DNA of 64,000 nucleotides from Dimorphilus gyrociliatus (lineage: Eukaryota; Animalia; Annelida), in contig CAJFCJ010000003.1 in NCBI GenBank assembly GCA_904063045.1, positions 2,218,504 to 2,282,503 of the forward strand, read 5' to 3'. Positions 30,415 to 43,300 of this stretch are shown in pieces. Made by a program: the position numbers and the translations under genes. The notes below the pieces were generated by a model, which did no database searches, was not told the origin of the DNA, and saw only the letters and a program-made list of their open reading frames with translations. Numbering within the stretch: position 1 is the stretch's first letter; each line of letters starts with the position of its first letter.

Positions 30415-31060
30415 TTAAGCTCTTTGTTTTGGACACTCATTTAGAAAATAAAAATGCCAAAAAATATACGTCACAGATGCGAATAGTAATAGAGAGCCAA
30501 TTATTACGTAAGTATACCCATAGGAGCTTGACACATTCTTTATTTTACCCCCACAAGCTGAAGCAATCAAGAGACCAATACCACAAAAAACCCATTAATT
30601 CCTAAAGCATCACTTCTTTTGACACTAAATCAGACAAGCAATATTTCTTTAAGTAGAATTTCCCCCCATTGATTGTCATTAATAAAAACAGTAACGGTAA
30701 AAAGTTGTTTGTGTTATTGTAGGAATTAGCACTGGACCAACCCTGTTAATCATTGTCTATATGAAATAGGGTAGGCCTCTCAAACTCTTATGCTTTTTTT
30801 GGTATCAATAACAAAAACCAGACAAAAGTCTAGAGAAAATAACTATTAAGGAGCTGAAAGGCACCAAAAAGCTACTATTAAAATAAGAGAAGAACCAAAA
30901 ACAGTCTATTTATCACAGTAATTCGGAAAGGTTTTTCTTGCTAATGAACTTATTCAATTTACCTCCTATCAAGCCACTTGCAATATTGTCACAATACCTT
31001 ATATAATGACATCTGTGAACCACCGTTCAGCCCCTTATTCCCATTCTAATTATAGATGAT
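30415..31060 (-). pseudogene. Degenerate MFS (SLC16/MCT-like) transporter C-terminal fragment
   Basis: Peptide pieces in shifting frames: DNIASGLIGG, CLSDLVSKE, SDALGINGFF, CGIGLLIASACGGKIKNVSSSYGYTYVIIGSLLLFASVTYIFW*. Several frameshifts or stops cannot be repaired by GT-AG introns. Confidence 0.4.
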
Positions 31061-31583
31061 AATGATTTTTCAAGGCTAGCTGCTTATAAGTGTAATTTGC
31101 AGTTAGTAAAGTCTTTTGTTTTACCTATCTGGATTATTAGAGTCCTGTTCCATGCTATATAAAGATAGTTGCAAACGTTTTCCAAATACCATTAAACCTA
31201 TGAACTTAACTATTAAACAAAAGTTTTTAAAAATATAAGTATTAGATGTTTGTAAAAGTAGGTTTACCGAAATATCTATTCACGGCATTAAAAGACAAAA
31301 CTCTTAATTTATTATAATAAAATTTTTTCAGTTGCTAATTAATTAATTATGTAATGTAATTTATTGAATAATGAATGGAAGCTGTTTACGACTAATTTAG
31401 ATGTTGAATACTCTTTTTATGAAGTTAGTATTTAGCATGACAAAAGGATACCTAATATGTTTAAAATGGGGTTGTTATAATTAACTTACTTGCTATAGAA
31501 CTAATATTTAATTAGCTTAATATATTGGAAGTTTTTAATTAAAATTTTATTGGAATTTATGTAGTTTGATAGCACCAATCATA

Positions 31584-31595
31584 TTTCCCGCCAAA
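31584..31595 (+). promoter_or_regulatory. E2F site upstream of METTL18
   Basis: TTTCCCGCCAAA, 82 bp before the ATG. Confidence 0.45.
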
Positions 31596-31677
31596 CGACT
31601 TACTTATGGAATATAATAAAAACTGTTAAACGAGTTAACGAAAAAGCTACTTTCAACTTCCTGTTTTGTCGGAAAGC

Positions 31678-32705
31678 ATGTTTTCATTTAACTTTAACGT
31701 TGATAGTTCGGAAAATTGTGATAAAAAAGATGCATCAATTGATACTAATGAAGAGAAAGATACAAATGACAGTAAGCAATAATATTAATTCGTTATAGAG
31801 TAGTATTTATATATCAATTTCAGCTACTGAAGAAGTTATTTACGGAGAAGTAACGTTTAGTACCGCTGATTGCAATAATTTAATTGAATCATGTGGAATA
31901 GAAGAAACAATGATAACACCTGATTACAAAATATATCATATAGACTTGAATGTTTGTGAGGAAAAATTAAAGCAATCATCAGATAGTAAAATAAAAGAAG
32001 GTAAAACTAATGATATTTCAATATTTAGCGATTACATAAAGTATGTAATAACGTAATTTAGCTCTAGATAAAAATTCGGACGTTATTCCTCAAGTCTACG
32101 AAGGTGGATTAAAAGTATGGGAATGCAGCATCGATCTTTGTGCATATCTAAAAGAAACAAACTATGAATTGAGTAATTTAAATATTTTAGAACTAGGATG
32201 TGGAATAGGCTTACCAGGAATATATACCCTATCAAGACAACCTGCAAGTGTTACATTTTCAGACTATAATAAAGAAGTTTTAGAATTTGTGACTTGTCCT
32301 TCAGTATTTTTTAATTCAGAGGATGAGGATCGACCAGAAGTTTCTTTTATATATGGGGATTGGTCTGTAATTGATAGGCAATTACGACACAGATTTTATG
32401 ATCTTATTCTCATGTCAGAGACTATTTATGATACCACCAATTATAAAATTCTCCTTAAACTTTTGGATTTAGTATTATCAGATAAAGGAGAGGTTCTTTT
32501 AGCGTCTAAAAATCATTATTTTGGTGTTGGAGGTGGAACAAGACTGTTTGAAAAAGCAGTTGAAAATCATGGTATCTTCAAACATTTCCTGTTAAAATCA
32601 TATCCTGAAGGTAAATTATAAATTTTCAAAAAGAACTCATAGAAATATCATTATTAACTTATTTCAGGACTTCAGAGAGAAATACTTAAGTTAGCTAGGC
32701 GTTAA
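31678..32705 (+). CDS. METTL18: Histidine methyltransferase METTL18/HPM1
   Basis: MFSFNF start, DVIPQVYEGGLKVWECSIDL, ILELGCGIGLPG SAM motif, DYNKEVL, YDLILMSETIY, ASKNHYFGVGGG, GLQREIL. Four exons. Confidence 0.93.
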
Positions 32706-33213
32706 TCAACAACTAGTATTTTCATCAAGGTCGTTTATCTTTCTTATAAGAACAAATTAGTCCGCTTAAGGAGAACAATTACATAAATAAATCAGTTTGT
32801 AAATTTTGAATAATCAAAAATTTCCTTATTGATTCATTACTCTCATAACTATATAGTAAACATTATGTAATTGTTACAGAAGAATAGTATCAATGGGAAA
32901 TTAGAATGAAAAATGAGATATTTATAGTTGATAGCGTGTAGCTGTCGATATAGATTTGTAATTAATTTCTCCAAATTCCTTAAATTCAGATCTGTTTTTA
33001 GAATCATTAGTAAACCCGTAAAAGTTGCTATTACCGCTTAAAGATCACCTATAAGAACATCTATAAATACCACGTAATCGGATACATGAATATTTACAAA
33101 CACCATAGCATTGCCTCAAGAAATAGAATATGCCACAACATATATTTCGTTAGTGATGTTTATTTTTGTCAGGTAGTTTTAACTTTGTTTACATTATTCG
33201 AAAGTCTTTTCAG

Positions 33214-34164
33214 TCACGATCCGTTTAAGAATTTTCTTAAGTTTTCTTTGGTAAACCCAGATGATTTGAATGACGATAGTAAAGTCTTGACGTAGTCTTT
33301 TAATTGATTCCCTCCAAAGTCGGGCTGTTTAGAAAAAAATTAAAATGTTTGTAATATATAATAATGTTTGTAATATATTAAAATTATCATCTACGTAGTG
33401 TAAATGCTTTGATAAATCACGAATGAAGGCTAAAAACTCTTCATTATCCAGAGATTGATTTCTATCCTGTAAATTATCTTCAAAATTAAGTATATTAGTC
33501 TTATTTTACATCAAAACTGTTTACCTTATCGTAGTGATTAAAAATGCTATTTATTTCGCTATCGCTCAATTTATCGTTTAATTCCATCTTGAAATTGGTA
33601 AGGAAATTTCTTTCAGTATTAAACATTGTATAAAAAGCCTGTAGATTTAAACTTTTTGTCTCTAACTTTGTATATATTTTCAATGTTTTCACTTGAAATT
33701 GTAAACTCTGTCCATAACTGTTTGCATGATCACAATATTCTGCATAATCATTAAGGAATCTCTCTAAATTTTCACCACATAAGCTACCTTCGTCTTGTGT
33801 ATATTCCAACCAAATTTTCATAATATCAACACTGTGTATAGGCTCATCAGTATCACATGACATCAGTGGCGAAGTTTCTTGATCACTATATAATCCTTGA
33901 TTCTCGTCATGTTTATCAACTTGAATAGGATTTTTCCTAAAAGAAACGTGTTAATTTATATCTACGATTTTTAGACTAATCTACTAAGTTAAATATAAAC
34001 TTTGAATTCTCAGCTGGTGTTTCAAGTAGATGATTTATTGTAACATCTTTCTCAAATTGTGTATAAGGATGATCAAATTCTGAATTTCCCCTTCTTTTCA
34101 CATCTTTTAAATAGTATAGTTTAGTAGCAGTTCTCCTCTTTCCATCGCTCCCTTTATCACACAT
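33214..34164 (-). CDS. Secretagogin/calbindin-like EF-hand protein retaining only the C-terminal half
   Basis: Four in-phase exons. SVDIMKIWLEY..LERFLND, ERNFLTNFKME and IFNHYDKDRNQSLDNEEFLAFIRDL resemble hexa-EF-hand EF3-EF5. One canonical Ca2+ loop. Confidence 0.7.
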
Positions 34165-34255
34165 ATTTAAAAATCTTCACACAATCCTTAAGGCGTAACG
34201 TTATATTTCTGCTCTCCAAACTAATAACAATATTACTTGTTTATATTGAATAAAT

Positions 34256-34844
34256 ATGTTAAAATATCAAATTATATTATTATTTATTAATAAGATAATT
34301 AGTTCATATCGTAAGTAGCAATTTTAGAATACTGTATATTAAACAAAGTCAATTATCCATTACTAATTTCCTCATATAAGGGGAGACGGATATTTCTATG
34401 AAGCTTTTAACTTGTTATAGTTGCCGTGATGTATTTGATATTCGTTCAAAAGTTTTCTTTAGAGATTGTCCTTATCATTTTAAAGATAGAAAAAATTCAT
34501 TAAATCTTACAACTTGTGTTGGACGTTACTGCGTTTCAGCTACGCGTTTGTATAATAGGTTGGGAGGTGACGCTCGAAAATACTTAAAGAAAAATTTCTC
34601 TGACAATATTCAAACTAATGGTCTTATTTATTTTCAAAAGTTTTGTTCTTTTATTAAATTAGTTGAGCCTATAGAACAGGACCATTTAATTGATGAAAAT
34701 TGTGTTATCTACACAAGTTCTGGAGAAGGTTTGGTAGAAATATGTTATTGTAATAGTGAATCTTTTTGTAATTCATCAATTTATTTAAAATCGTCTGAAA
34801 AATTTATGTCTTTAATAATCTTTGCACTTTTTAAAATAATGTAA
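34256..34844 (+). CDS. Ly6/uPAR three-finger (Sleepless/Quiver-like) protein, probably GPI-anchored
   Basis: Signal exon 34256-34310 (MLKYQIILLFINKIISSY), 70-bp phase-1 intron, 10 Cys from CYSC to CYCNSESFCN, hydrophobic C-terminus FMSLIIFALFKIM. Confidence 0.75.
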
Positions 34845-34939
34845 AAATAATGTCATTATTCTTTTAAAATTATTTAAAATAAAAACATTCAAAACCTTGG
34901 ATATCGTACTTTCAATGGAATGTATTTCATTTGCATAAA

Positions 34940-36694
34940 ATGGCTGACTTGGCGGGATTGAATATGGAAGGGGCACAGAAAAGCTTTGTTGGTTGTCTTT
35001 CAACTGTTTTAGAATTAACAAAAATTTCTGAACAAAAATGCATTCGTATATCTCGTCAGTCAAAAATAGTGCTATTGAGGCACTTTCTGAAATCGATCGG
35101 CAAGAAAAAAGCTAATATAGTTGTTGATCAGTTCCTTCGTAAGAGTAATTAGCTACTCTTTAAAATCCACAATAATAATATTTTTTGTCTTAAAGGTTCT
35201 CAGAAATTAGGAAAGAAGGTAATTACACATATAATCATTTTCTCTTTTTAAGCATCGTTTCAGTATCCTAAGAAACTGAGGAAAACCAGTTATTTGGATG
35301 TGGATCAACTTATATCAATCATATCGGAAAATGTTAAAGATTTCCCTTCTGCTCATAAACTATTGGAAGTGTTAGATGATAAACTAAGCCATAATATACA
35401 AGTATAGACGTACTTAGTTGAAGCTAAAAGATACTAATCAATAATTTTTATATGAAAGCTGAATTTGAAAAACTTTCGTAATTCGAAACTCAGGAAGTAT
35501 AGAGAAAAAGAAAATCCATTCTATGGTCTATCTCTATCAGAATGGACAAAAAAAATAAATGAAATTTGTAATGATCCTGGTAAATTATATGTACGGTTTA
35601 TAGAAATATCTGGAGTTTAAATTTCTGAAAAAAAATGAATGATACAAAAGTCGAATTTACAGGTTGAAAATGACATTGATAAGGAGACCCCACCAATGAC
35701 TAATTTTAAATTTATTAATGAATATGTCCCTGGCTCAAACGTGGAAATAACGAATAAAGCCATAATAGGGTAAGTGAAAAACTCTTTCACATATTTTGTG
35801 AAAAATATAAATGGAAAACTTACTAGATGTTCCTGTAAAACCTGTGATTCGAAATCTGGATGTTGCCCCACGCAGGCTGGTACTGATTTTATGTATGATA
35901 AAAATGGGCATGTTAAATATCAACCTGGACGGCCAATTTATGAATGCAATAGCCTTTGTCCATGTAGTAGAAAGTGTAGAAATAGAGTAGTTCAAAGAGG
36001 TAGAAGTATACCTTTAATTATATCTCGTACCAAAAATAAAGGTTGGGGAATCAAAACGAAGCAAGCTATATCCCCTGGATCTTTTGTTTGTGAATATATA
36101 GGAGAAGTAAGAAAGTAAATGGGAATAAAAAACTATTTTGTCATGATTGCTTTCAAATAATTAGGTTATAACTACGGAGGAAGCTGAAAAAAGGGAAGAA
36201 TTATACAAAGTTGAGAGAAACACTTATTTATTTGAATTAGACTTTGCCGACGATGAAAATAAACCGAAGTATGTTATTGACGCAGCTTTTAAAGGAAATG
36301 TTAGCCATTTTTTAAATCATTCGGTAAACCCATATAAAATTATTTTTTCCTTGAAATTTTAAATAATTGGTCAACTATTTTCAACTGACAGTGTTCTCCT
36401 AATCTCGGTGTCTATCCAGTTTATATTGAAAACTTAGACATTCATATGCCAAGATTGGCTTTTTTCGCTATTCGAGAAATTTCATCGGGCGAAGAATTAA
36501 CTTTTGATTATCAAAATATGGCGATTAGAAAACAAAAAGAAGCAATTAAAGTAGAAAATGCTATCGATCTCAATTTGCCTGATGTTGAACAAATGCTTGC
36601 TGAATCAGCATCAACATCTCCCATAAAAAGTCGTTTGGGTTCTATTAGATGTCTTTGTGGTGAATCAAACTGCCGAAAATATATCTTTAAGTAA
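34940..36694 (+). CDS. SUV39H: SUV39H/Su(var)3-9 H3K9 methyltransferase (pre-SET, SET, post-SET)
   Basis: EWTKKINE..VENDIDKETPPMTNFKFINEY, pre-SET CSCKTC..CC..YECNSLCPCSRKCRNRVVQRG, GWGIKT..FVCEYIGEV, YLFELD, GNVSHFLNHS|CSPNL, EELTFDY, post-SET CLCGESNCRKYIF. Confidence 0.93.
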
Positions 36695-37341
36695 ATAAAG
36701 ACAATATTTTTTTCAATTTTATACGAATTCTTCTATGTCAGTTTTGTTACAATTTTTACTCTTTTAAAAACAATACAATAATTTTTACTTATCAAAAAAA
36801 TGTAATTGACATCTAATTTCATTGTAAATCAAGACTTGGTAATATAAATATCTATAGCTCGAATTTTTTTAAATAATTTGCTGTTTATCAGCAAAAGAAG
36901 TATATTTATCTTGATAGTCAGCTGTCTTATTTTGCTTTGTATGTATTTGAACATATAAACAATATTTTAAGATAATCACGATAGGCTGTTTATAATCAAG
37001 GACTGACGCTAAATAACTCCCCTATATGATTAACAGGAGTATAATTGATAGCGATGTTTATTTGATCTAATTATTCTGCAGAATAACTGCTAAATCACTC
37101 TATTATATCAACTATTAAGTTGCCCGCCAAGAGCTCTAGCAGACGACAGAATGAATGTAGGGTCCGCCATTTACAAACTGCGCTTTAAACTAGCACGTTA
37201 CCTATTATAAACAATGAATTATTTCAATTTAAAAAATTTTTTTAAATAAATCTTTTTATCTGTTCCGTTTTATAATATAGTTTATATTTTGGCAAGAGAC
37301 TAGCAGACGACGTTTTGAAAGTTCTCCCATTTACTTTAAAT

Positions 37342-39879
37342 ATGGACAGTCGCAGCTTAAACTCTCCAATAAATGAGAGTGATGAGCGCGAATCTTTGAT
37401 AAGGAATAGGGGAGAACGATCCTCAGACTCCATAGGATCAACAGATCATCCAAGACGAAGATCCGTTGTTGAATGGGTACGAAACGCAGTTAATTTTAGA
37501 AGAAGAAATAATTACTCAAGCTTCTATGAGAGAATAGATGGAGATAATGTTTCCAGCTTTTCAAGCAACTCAACAGATGATCAGGAACACACCCATGAGA
37601 TTGAAACTAAATATGAGAGTTTAGACTACGATCCTTGCGAAAACAACTTATATATTGCTGAAGAATGTGAAACTGGTTACAGAGACTATCTTTTTAAAAA
37701 TTTTGCCCGATGGATCGTTATGTTTTTCATTGGGGTTATAACTGCTCTTATAGCTTGTTTTATAGATTTCACTATATCTTTATTAGCTGGATTAAAATAT
37801 CGAACAATTAAGGCGTTGGCGGATTCTTGTGTGATTGACGTTTGTATGGGTCAACCTTTAATTGTATGGATAGCTCTAAATATTGCTTTTGTTAGCATCT
37901 CAGCATTTTTAGTAGCGGTAGTTGAACCTGTTGCAGCAGGTTCCGGTATTCCTCAGATTAAGTGTTACTTAAATGGTGTACTAATTCCTAAAGTTGTTAG
38001 GTTAAAGACTCTATTTTGCAAAGTAATAGGTGTAACATTATCTGTCGTTGGTGGTTTAGCCATAGGCAAAGAAGGACCTATGATTCATTCCGGTTCTGTT
38101 GTGGCGGCTGGAATTTCACAAGGGCGTTCCAGTACTTTCGGAAAGGATTGCCATTTTTTTAAATTTTTTAGAACAGATCATGAAAAACGAGATTTCGTTA
38201 GGTATGTAAAATTACTTAATTACTATAAAATTATTCAGCTATCATATTTACTTCAGTGGTGGTGCTGCTGCTGGTGTCGCAGCCGCTTTTGGTAAGATTC
38301 AGAATCTAATATCCTACTAATATTTGTAATATCTATTATCTCTATTTAAGGTGCTCCAATTGGAGGTGTCCTGTTCAGTTTAGAAGAAGGAGCCAGTTTT
38401 TGGAATCAAAGTCTTACTTGGCGTATATTTTTTGCTTCAATGGTTTCGACATTCACTTTAAATATTGTTCAGAGTTTTATAAAAGGTCACCCATTTTTTT
38501 TATCATATTCTGGATTAATCAATTTCGGTACGTTTGGTGACGATGTTCAGTTTCACATGCAGGAATTATTAATTTATATACCCATGGCAATTTTTGGCGG
38601 ACTAAGTGGAGCCTTATTTAATAAGATTAACCATGATTTAACTGTATTTCGAGCAAAATATTTAAAAAAATGGTACTTGAAAATGCTTGAAGCTATGATT
38701 GTTGCTGCTACAACATCCTTAGTGTCGTTTGTATTAATCTATTCTACTCAGGATTGTCAGGCTTTAGGCAAGGATCATACAGATGTCCCTCTACAAATGT
38801 ATTGCGGAGATGGTGAATATAACTCAGTAGCTGCTCTCTGGTTAAGAACGCCGGAAGAATCAGTTAAGAGCTTCTTTCACGATCCTCCAGGTTCATTCAG
38901 AATTCCAACTGTACTCTGTTTTACCATAGTATATTTCTTCCTTGCAACTTGGACTTATGGACTATCGGTCCCAAGTGGATTATTTATTCCATCTCTCTTG
39001 ACTGGTGCTGCTTGGGGTAGATTGGTGGCGATATTACTAAATATGGCATTCCCAAACTCCACTTCCTTCGATGCCGGTAAACTATCTTTAGTGGGAGCTG
39101 CTGCACAACTAGGAGGAATTGTTCGAATGACAATTAGCTTAACAGTAATTTTAATGGAGGCAACGGGTAATATTTCTTTCGGTCTACCTTTAATGATAAC
39201 TTTAATGATAGCGAAATGGGTTGGCGATTTATTCAATGAAGGTCTATACGATATCCATATCGAATTGGCTAAAGTTCCCATACTTAGTTGGGAAGCACCT
39301 GCCTTTACTTCCGATAGATCAGCTGAATCTGTTATGTCTAAGGATGTTCAGTGCATAAATAAAATTGAAAAGGTGTCTTCAGTTCTTGGACTATTATATG
39401 ATGAACCTCACAGTGGTTTTCCTGTTGTAGACAAAGACGGAACTCTGAGGGGTTTCGTTCTTAGATCGCAGCTTCTTGTTCTTTTAAAACATAAAATGTT
39501 CTATCAAGAAGAAACTGATAGATCAAATTTGCCAGAACTTAGGCAACATCATTTTCGACAACTAAGTCCTCATTGGAAAAACCAGAAGGATTATCTTCGA
39601 AAAATTGTAATTAGCGAAGAAGAAAAAAGCTTTCTACTGGATTTGACTCCTTTTATGAATCCTTCGCCATACGCTGTGTCTCTATCTGCATCTTATCCAA
39701 GAATGTTTAAACTATTTAGAGGGTTGGGTTTAAGGCATTTAGTAGTTGTTGATACAAAGAATAAGGTTGTTGGTATTGTCACAAGAAAAGATTTGGCGAG
39801 ATATAAATTTATCACTAAAGGATTCCAAGGACGTGTTCACCAATTAGCTTTTTCAACGACAACAGAAGAGCAAGCTTGA
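37342..39879 (+). CDS. CLCN7: Lysosomal Cl-/H+ exchanger ClC-7, 807 aa
   Basis: Exons 37342-38201, 38257-38291 and 38351-39879. ERESLI dileucine motif, YESLDYD, GSGIP, GKEGP gating Glu, SLEEG proton Glu, GLFIP, two CBS domains (FRGLGLRHL). Confidence 0.96.
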
Positions 39880-40176
39880 CGATAATTAAACTCTTTATTA
39901 TATTTTAAAATTGTTTTTCTTCGAAACGAAACAACAAAGTAGATGTTTAGGGAGAAAAAGAAAGCTTATTCTTATATTTTTTTTAACTTATAACTTATTC
40001 TTTTACCTTGTTTTTTAGCCCGAATTCTCATTGTCTGATATTTCTAATACAGAGTCAAACATTCGTAATGAAAACATGTAAACATCTTCTTCTTATCATT
40101 TTAACATTGTTCAATAATAGTCTAATTTAAAAGTACATCTACACTTATGAATTATTAAAATTCAAACTTGAACTGA

Positions 40177-40194
40177 AGGTGGCGCTTTTCGCGG
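40177..40194 (+). promoter_or_regulatory. CTCF-like core plus E2F-like site upstream of MAN2C1
   Basis: AGGTGGCGC (40177-40185) followed by TTTCGCGG (40187-40194). Confidence 0.3.
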
Positions 40195-40327
40195 ACTCTT
40201 TGTCGTCTTTGGAACTGAATTCTACACCTACCGGTATTTTATCGCTCGTTATCAGTTTTTGTAATATTTATCAGCTGACGAGAGATGCGTAACTCCATTT
40301 AGAAGATATTAACCATTTATCATAAAC

Positions 40328-43300
40328 ATGTCTATGCCAAGATACACTTTAAAACACAAAAGAACTACCTTGGAAAGGGCTGAAAAATTTATATCCGAAG
40401 TGTATTTTACAGATGTAAATCTTCATGGAAAGTAAGAATTTGATGAATATTACATAATTTCAAGAAATATTTTTTTAATTTATGAAATATTCCATAGATT
40501 GCGAAAATTTGAAAGAAATATTGAATTAATTGAGCATTATAAGGCTCCTGGAAGAATAACATTCCAACAAGCTATATCGAATAAATTTAATGCAACAAAA
40601 CTGCACGAAAGATTTGGACCAACGTAAGAAAATATTTATATTTGTTTGGAAAATATCCATAAAATAATGGATATGGTTTTAATATTATTCTTCCAGATGG
40701 AGTACGCACTGGTTTAGAATAACCTTAGAAATTCCAAAAGAACTTCAGAGTGAGGATGTCCAATTGGAATGGGATAGCGAGTCGGAAGCAATGATATGGT
40801 CAGAAGATGGGAGAGCATTACAAGGATTCACTGGTGAGAATAGGCGAAATCTATTCTTGTTACCTAAGAAAAGGTAGGTCAAGTAAGATAAAATGTAGTT
40901 CATTCTAAAAATCTTCTATAAATTTCTTAGCGGAAAGCAAATATGGTTTATTGAGATGGCTTGCAATGGTTTATTTGGGGCTGGTAATAATTCACAGATA
41001 AATCCACCAAATGAAAATAAGTATTTCGAATTGAAGAAATGTGGATTGGTCGTTTTGAATGAATTAGTTCACCAATTATGTATTGATTATCAAATTCTTA
41101 TTGATATTGTAAAAGTCAGTTGACTATAATTTTCTTGATAAATATTCATTTATAAACAAATTTTATATTTAGCAATTAGGTAAATCAACTAGATCTTACC
41201 AAGCTCTCTTTACTTTGAATAAAATGACAAACATAATTGAAGTTGGTAACGATAGATCATATGAAGAGTACATCTTGGATTAAATTTGACTATTAAACTA
41301 ATTGTTTTTGTATAAAACAGAGCTCGATCGATAGCGAAATCTTTCTATGAGGAGCATAATGGTCAGAATATTCATATGATACATGCTGTAGGAAATTGCC
41401 ATATAGACTCAGCTTGGCTTTGGCCCTACGAAGAAACGATCAGAAAATGTGCAAGGAGCTGGTCTTCGACAATTCGTTTGATGGAAAAATATCCTGATTT
41501 TACATTCGCTTGCTCTCAAGGCCAACAGGTTAGGGAATATTTTCAATAATTACTACTACAACTTACTAAATGATTATTAAATTCTGTCTAGTTTGAATGG
41601 GTTAAAGATAATTATCCTGATATATATGAAGAGATGAAAAAGTATATATCTGAGGGTAGATTTATACCTATTGGAGGAACTTGGTGTGAATTGGATGGTA
41701 ATATACCGAGTGGAGAATCATATATAAGGCAGTTCTTAATAGGTCAAAGATTTTTTAGGAAAGAGTTTAATATTACTTGCCAAGAGGTTTGTCATTTATT
41801 AATTAAATATTGGTATAATGTAAAAATAACATATTTTGCCTATAGTTTTGGTTACCCGATACTTTTGGTTATTCTGGCCAGCTACCTCAACTTATTAAAT
41901 TGGGAGGTATGACTAGATTTGTAACTCAAAAGATGAGTTGGAATATCTTTAACAAATTTCCAGTTAGTTGTTTAATATTTAAGTATATCTGTAGTTAATT
42001 GAATTGTTTGATATTTATTTGAACTAAAGCACAACACTTTTTATTGGATTGGTATCGACAACTCAAAAGTAATTTGTCACTTCCCACCAGGTGATTCCTA
42101 TACAATGGAAGGCAAAATATCAGAGGTAGTTCTTAGATCTTCAGCCCATAAACTAAATACAAAATGCTTTATTTAAAAAGTTGATAGCCACGGAAAATAA
42201 TCATAAAGATAAAGGTAGAAGTGATAGAAGTATGTATCTCTACGGATATGGAGACGGGGGTCAGGGTCCGACGTTAGTAATACAAATAAATAATAAAAAC
42301 AATTACATATGCTATCTTTGGTAGGGGTGAAATGATTGAAGTCTTAAATAGAGTGAAAGATGTTGTCGGTTTACCAAAGTAACTATTAAATGAACCAGCT
42401 ATTTGAACATTTCTTAAACATTATCATGTTTGCAGGGTAAAATATTCATCACCTACGGAATTTTTTGATGAAGTTGAATCATTTGAATCTAAAAACCTAT
42501 GTGAATGGACTGGGGAGTTGTATTTAGAAATGCACAATGGCACATATACAACGCAAGCTAAGGTGAAATAGTTTTCAATTGATAAGACAAATGATAATGT
42601 ATCTCTTTTATAGACAAAACTAGATAATAGAAAGTGTGAATTTCTTTTGAGAGATGTTGAGTTTCTATCATCTTTAGCTTGGTTGAATAAGTCTTACCAA
42701 TACCCTCATGAGGAACTCACAAGAATATGGAAGCTCTTATTACTAAATCAATTTCATGATGTTTTACCCGGTTCTTCTATTCGAATTGTTTATGAAGATG
42801 CAGCAAAATATTACAAAGATATTAAACGTTCAGGGAAAAAGCTCAAGGACTCATCTTTGGCGGCGTTTTCAAACGAAAAAGTAATTTTATAATTAAATAT
42901 TTTGGATACATATTTATTTACATACTATTCGATAAAGGATAACAAAGGCAGTGTTTTAATTAATACTTTTGGCTGGGCTCGAAAAGAAGTTGTCAGTTGG
43001 TCTGATGAAACTATTGAAAAAGCTGATTTAGAACAGGAAAAAATTCAATATGATGTTGGAGAAAGCTTAGGTATTTTTTATAAAGTAATTTTTTGCTTAA
43101 ATAACCGTGTTTTTTTCAGTTCTTGTTGATATCCCTGCTTTCACTTTTAATCCTCTATCAAAGTTGGATGTCATTCAACCAAACGAATCCAACGAAGTAA
43201 CTGTAACTAAAGATGTAAGAAATAATTTCAACTTTTTCAAATGGCTGATAATCAATATATATTCTATTTTGAAACAGGAGGATGGTAATTTTGTCATGAG

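Noticed and set aside
34844-34940. Trans-spliced operon between the Ly6-like gene and SUV39H
   Set aside because: The gap has no AG dinucleotide, so there is no SL acceptor. It is kept only as a promoter-overlap finding.
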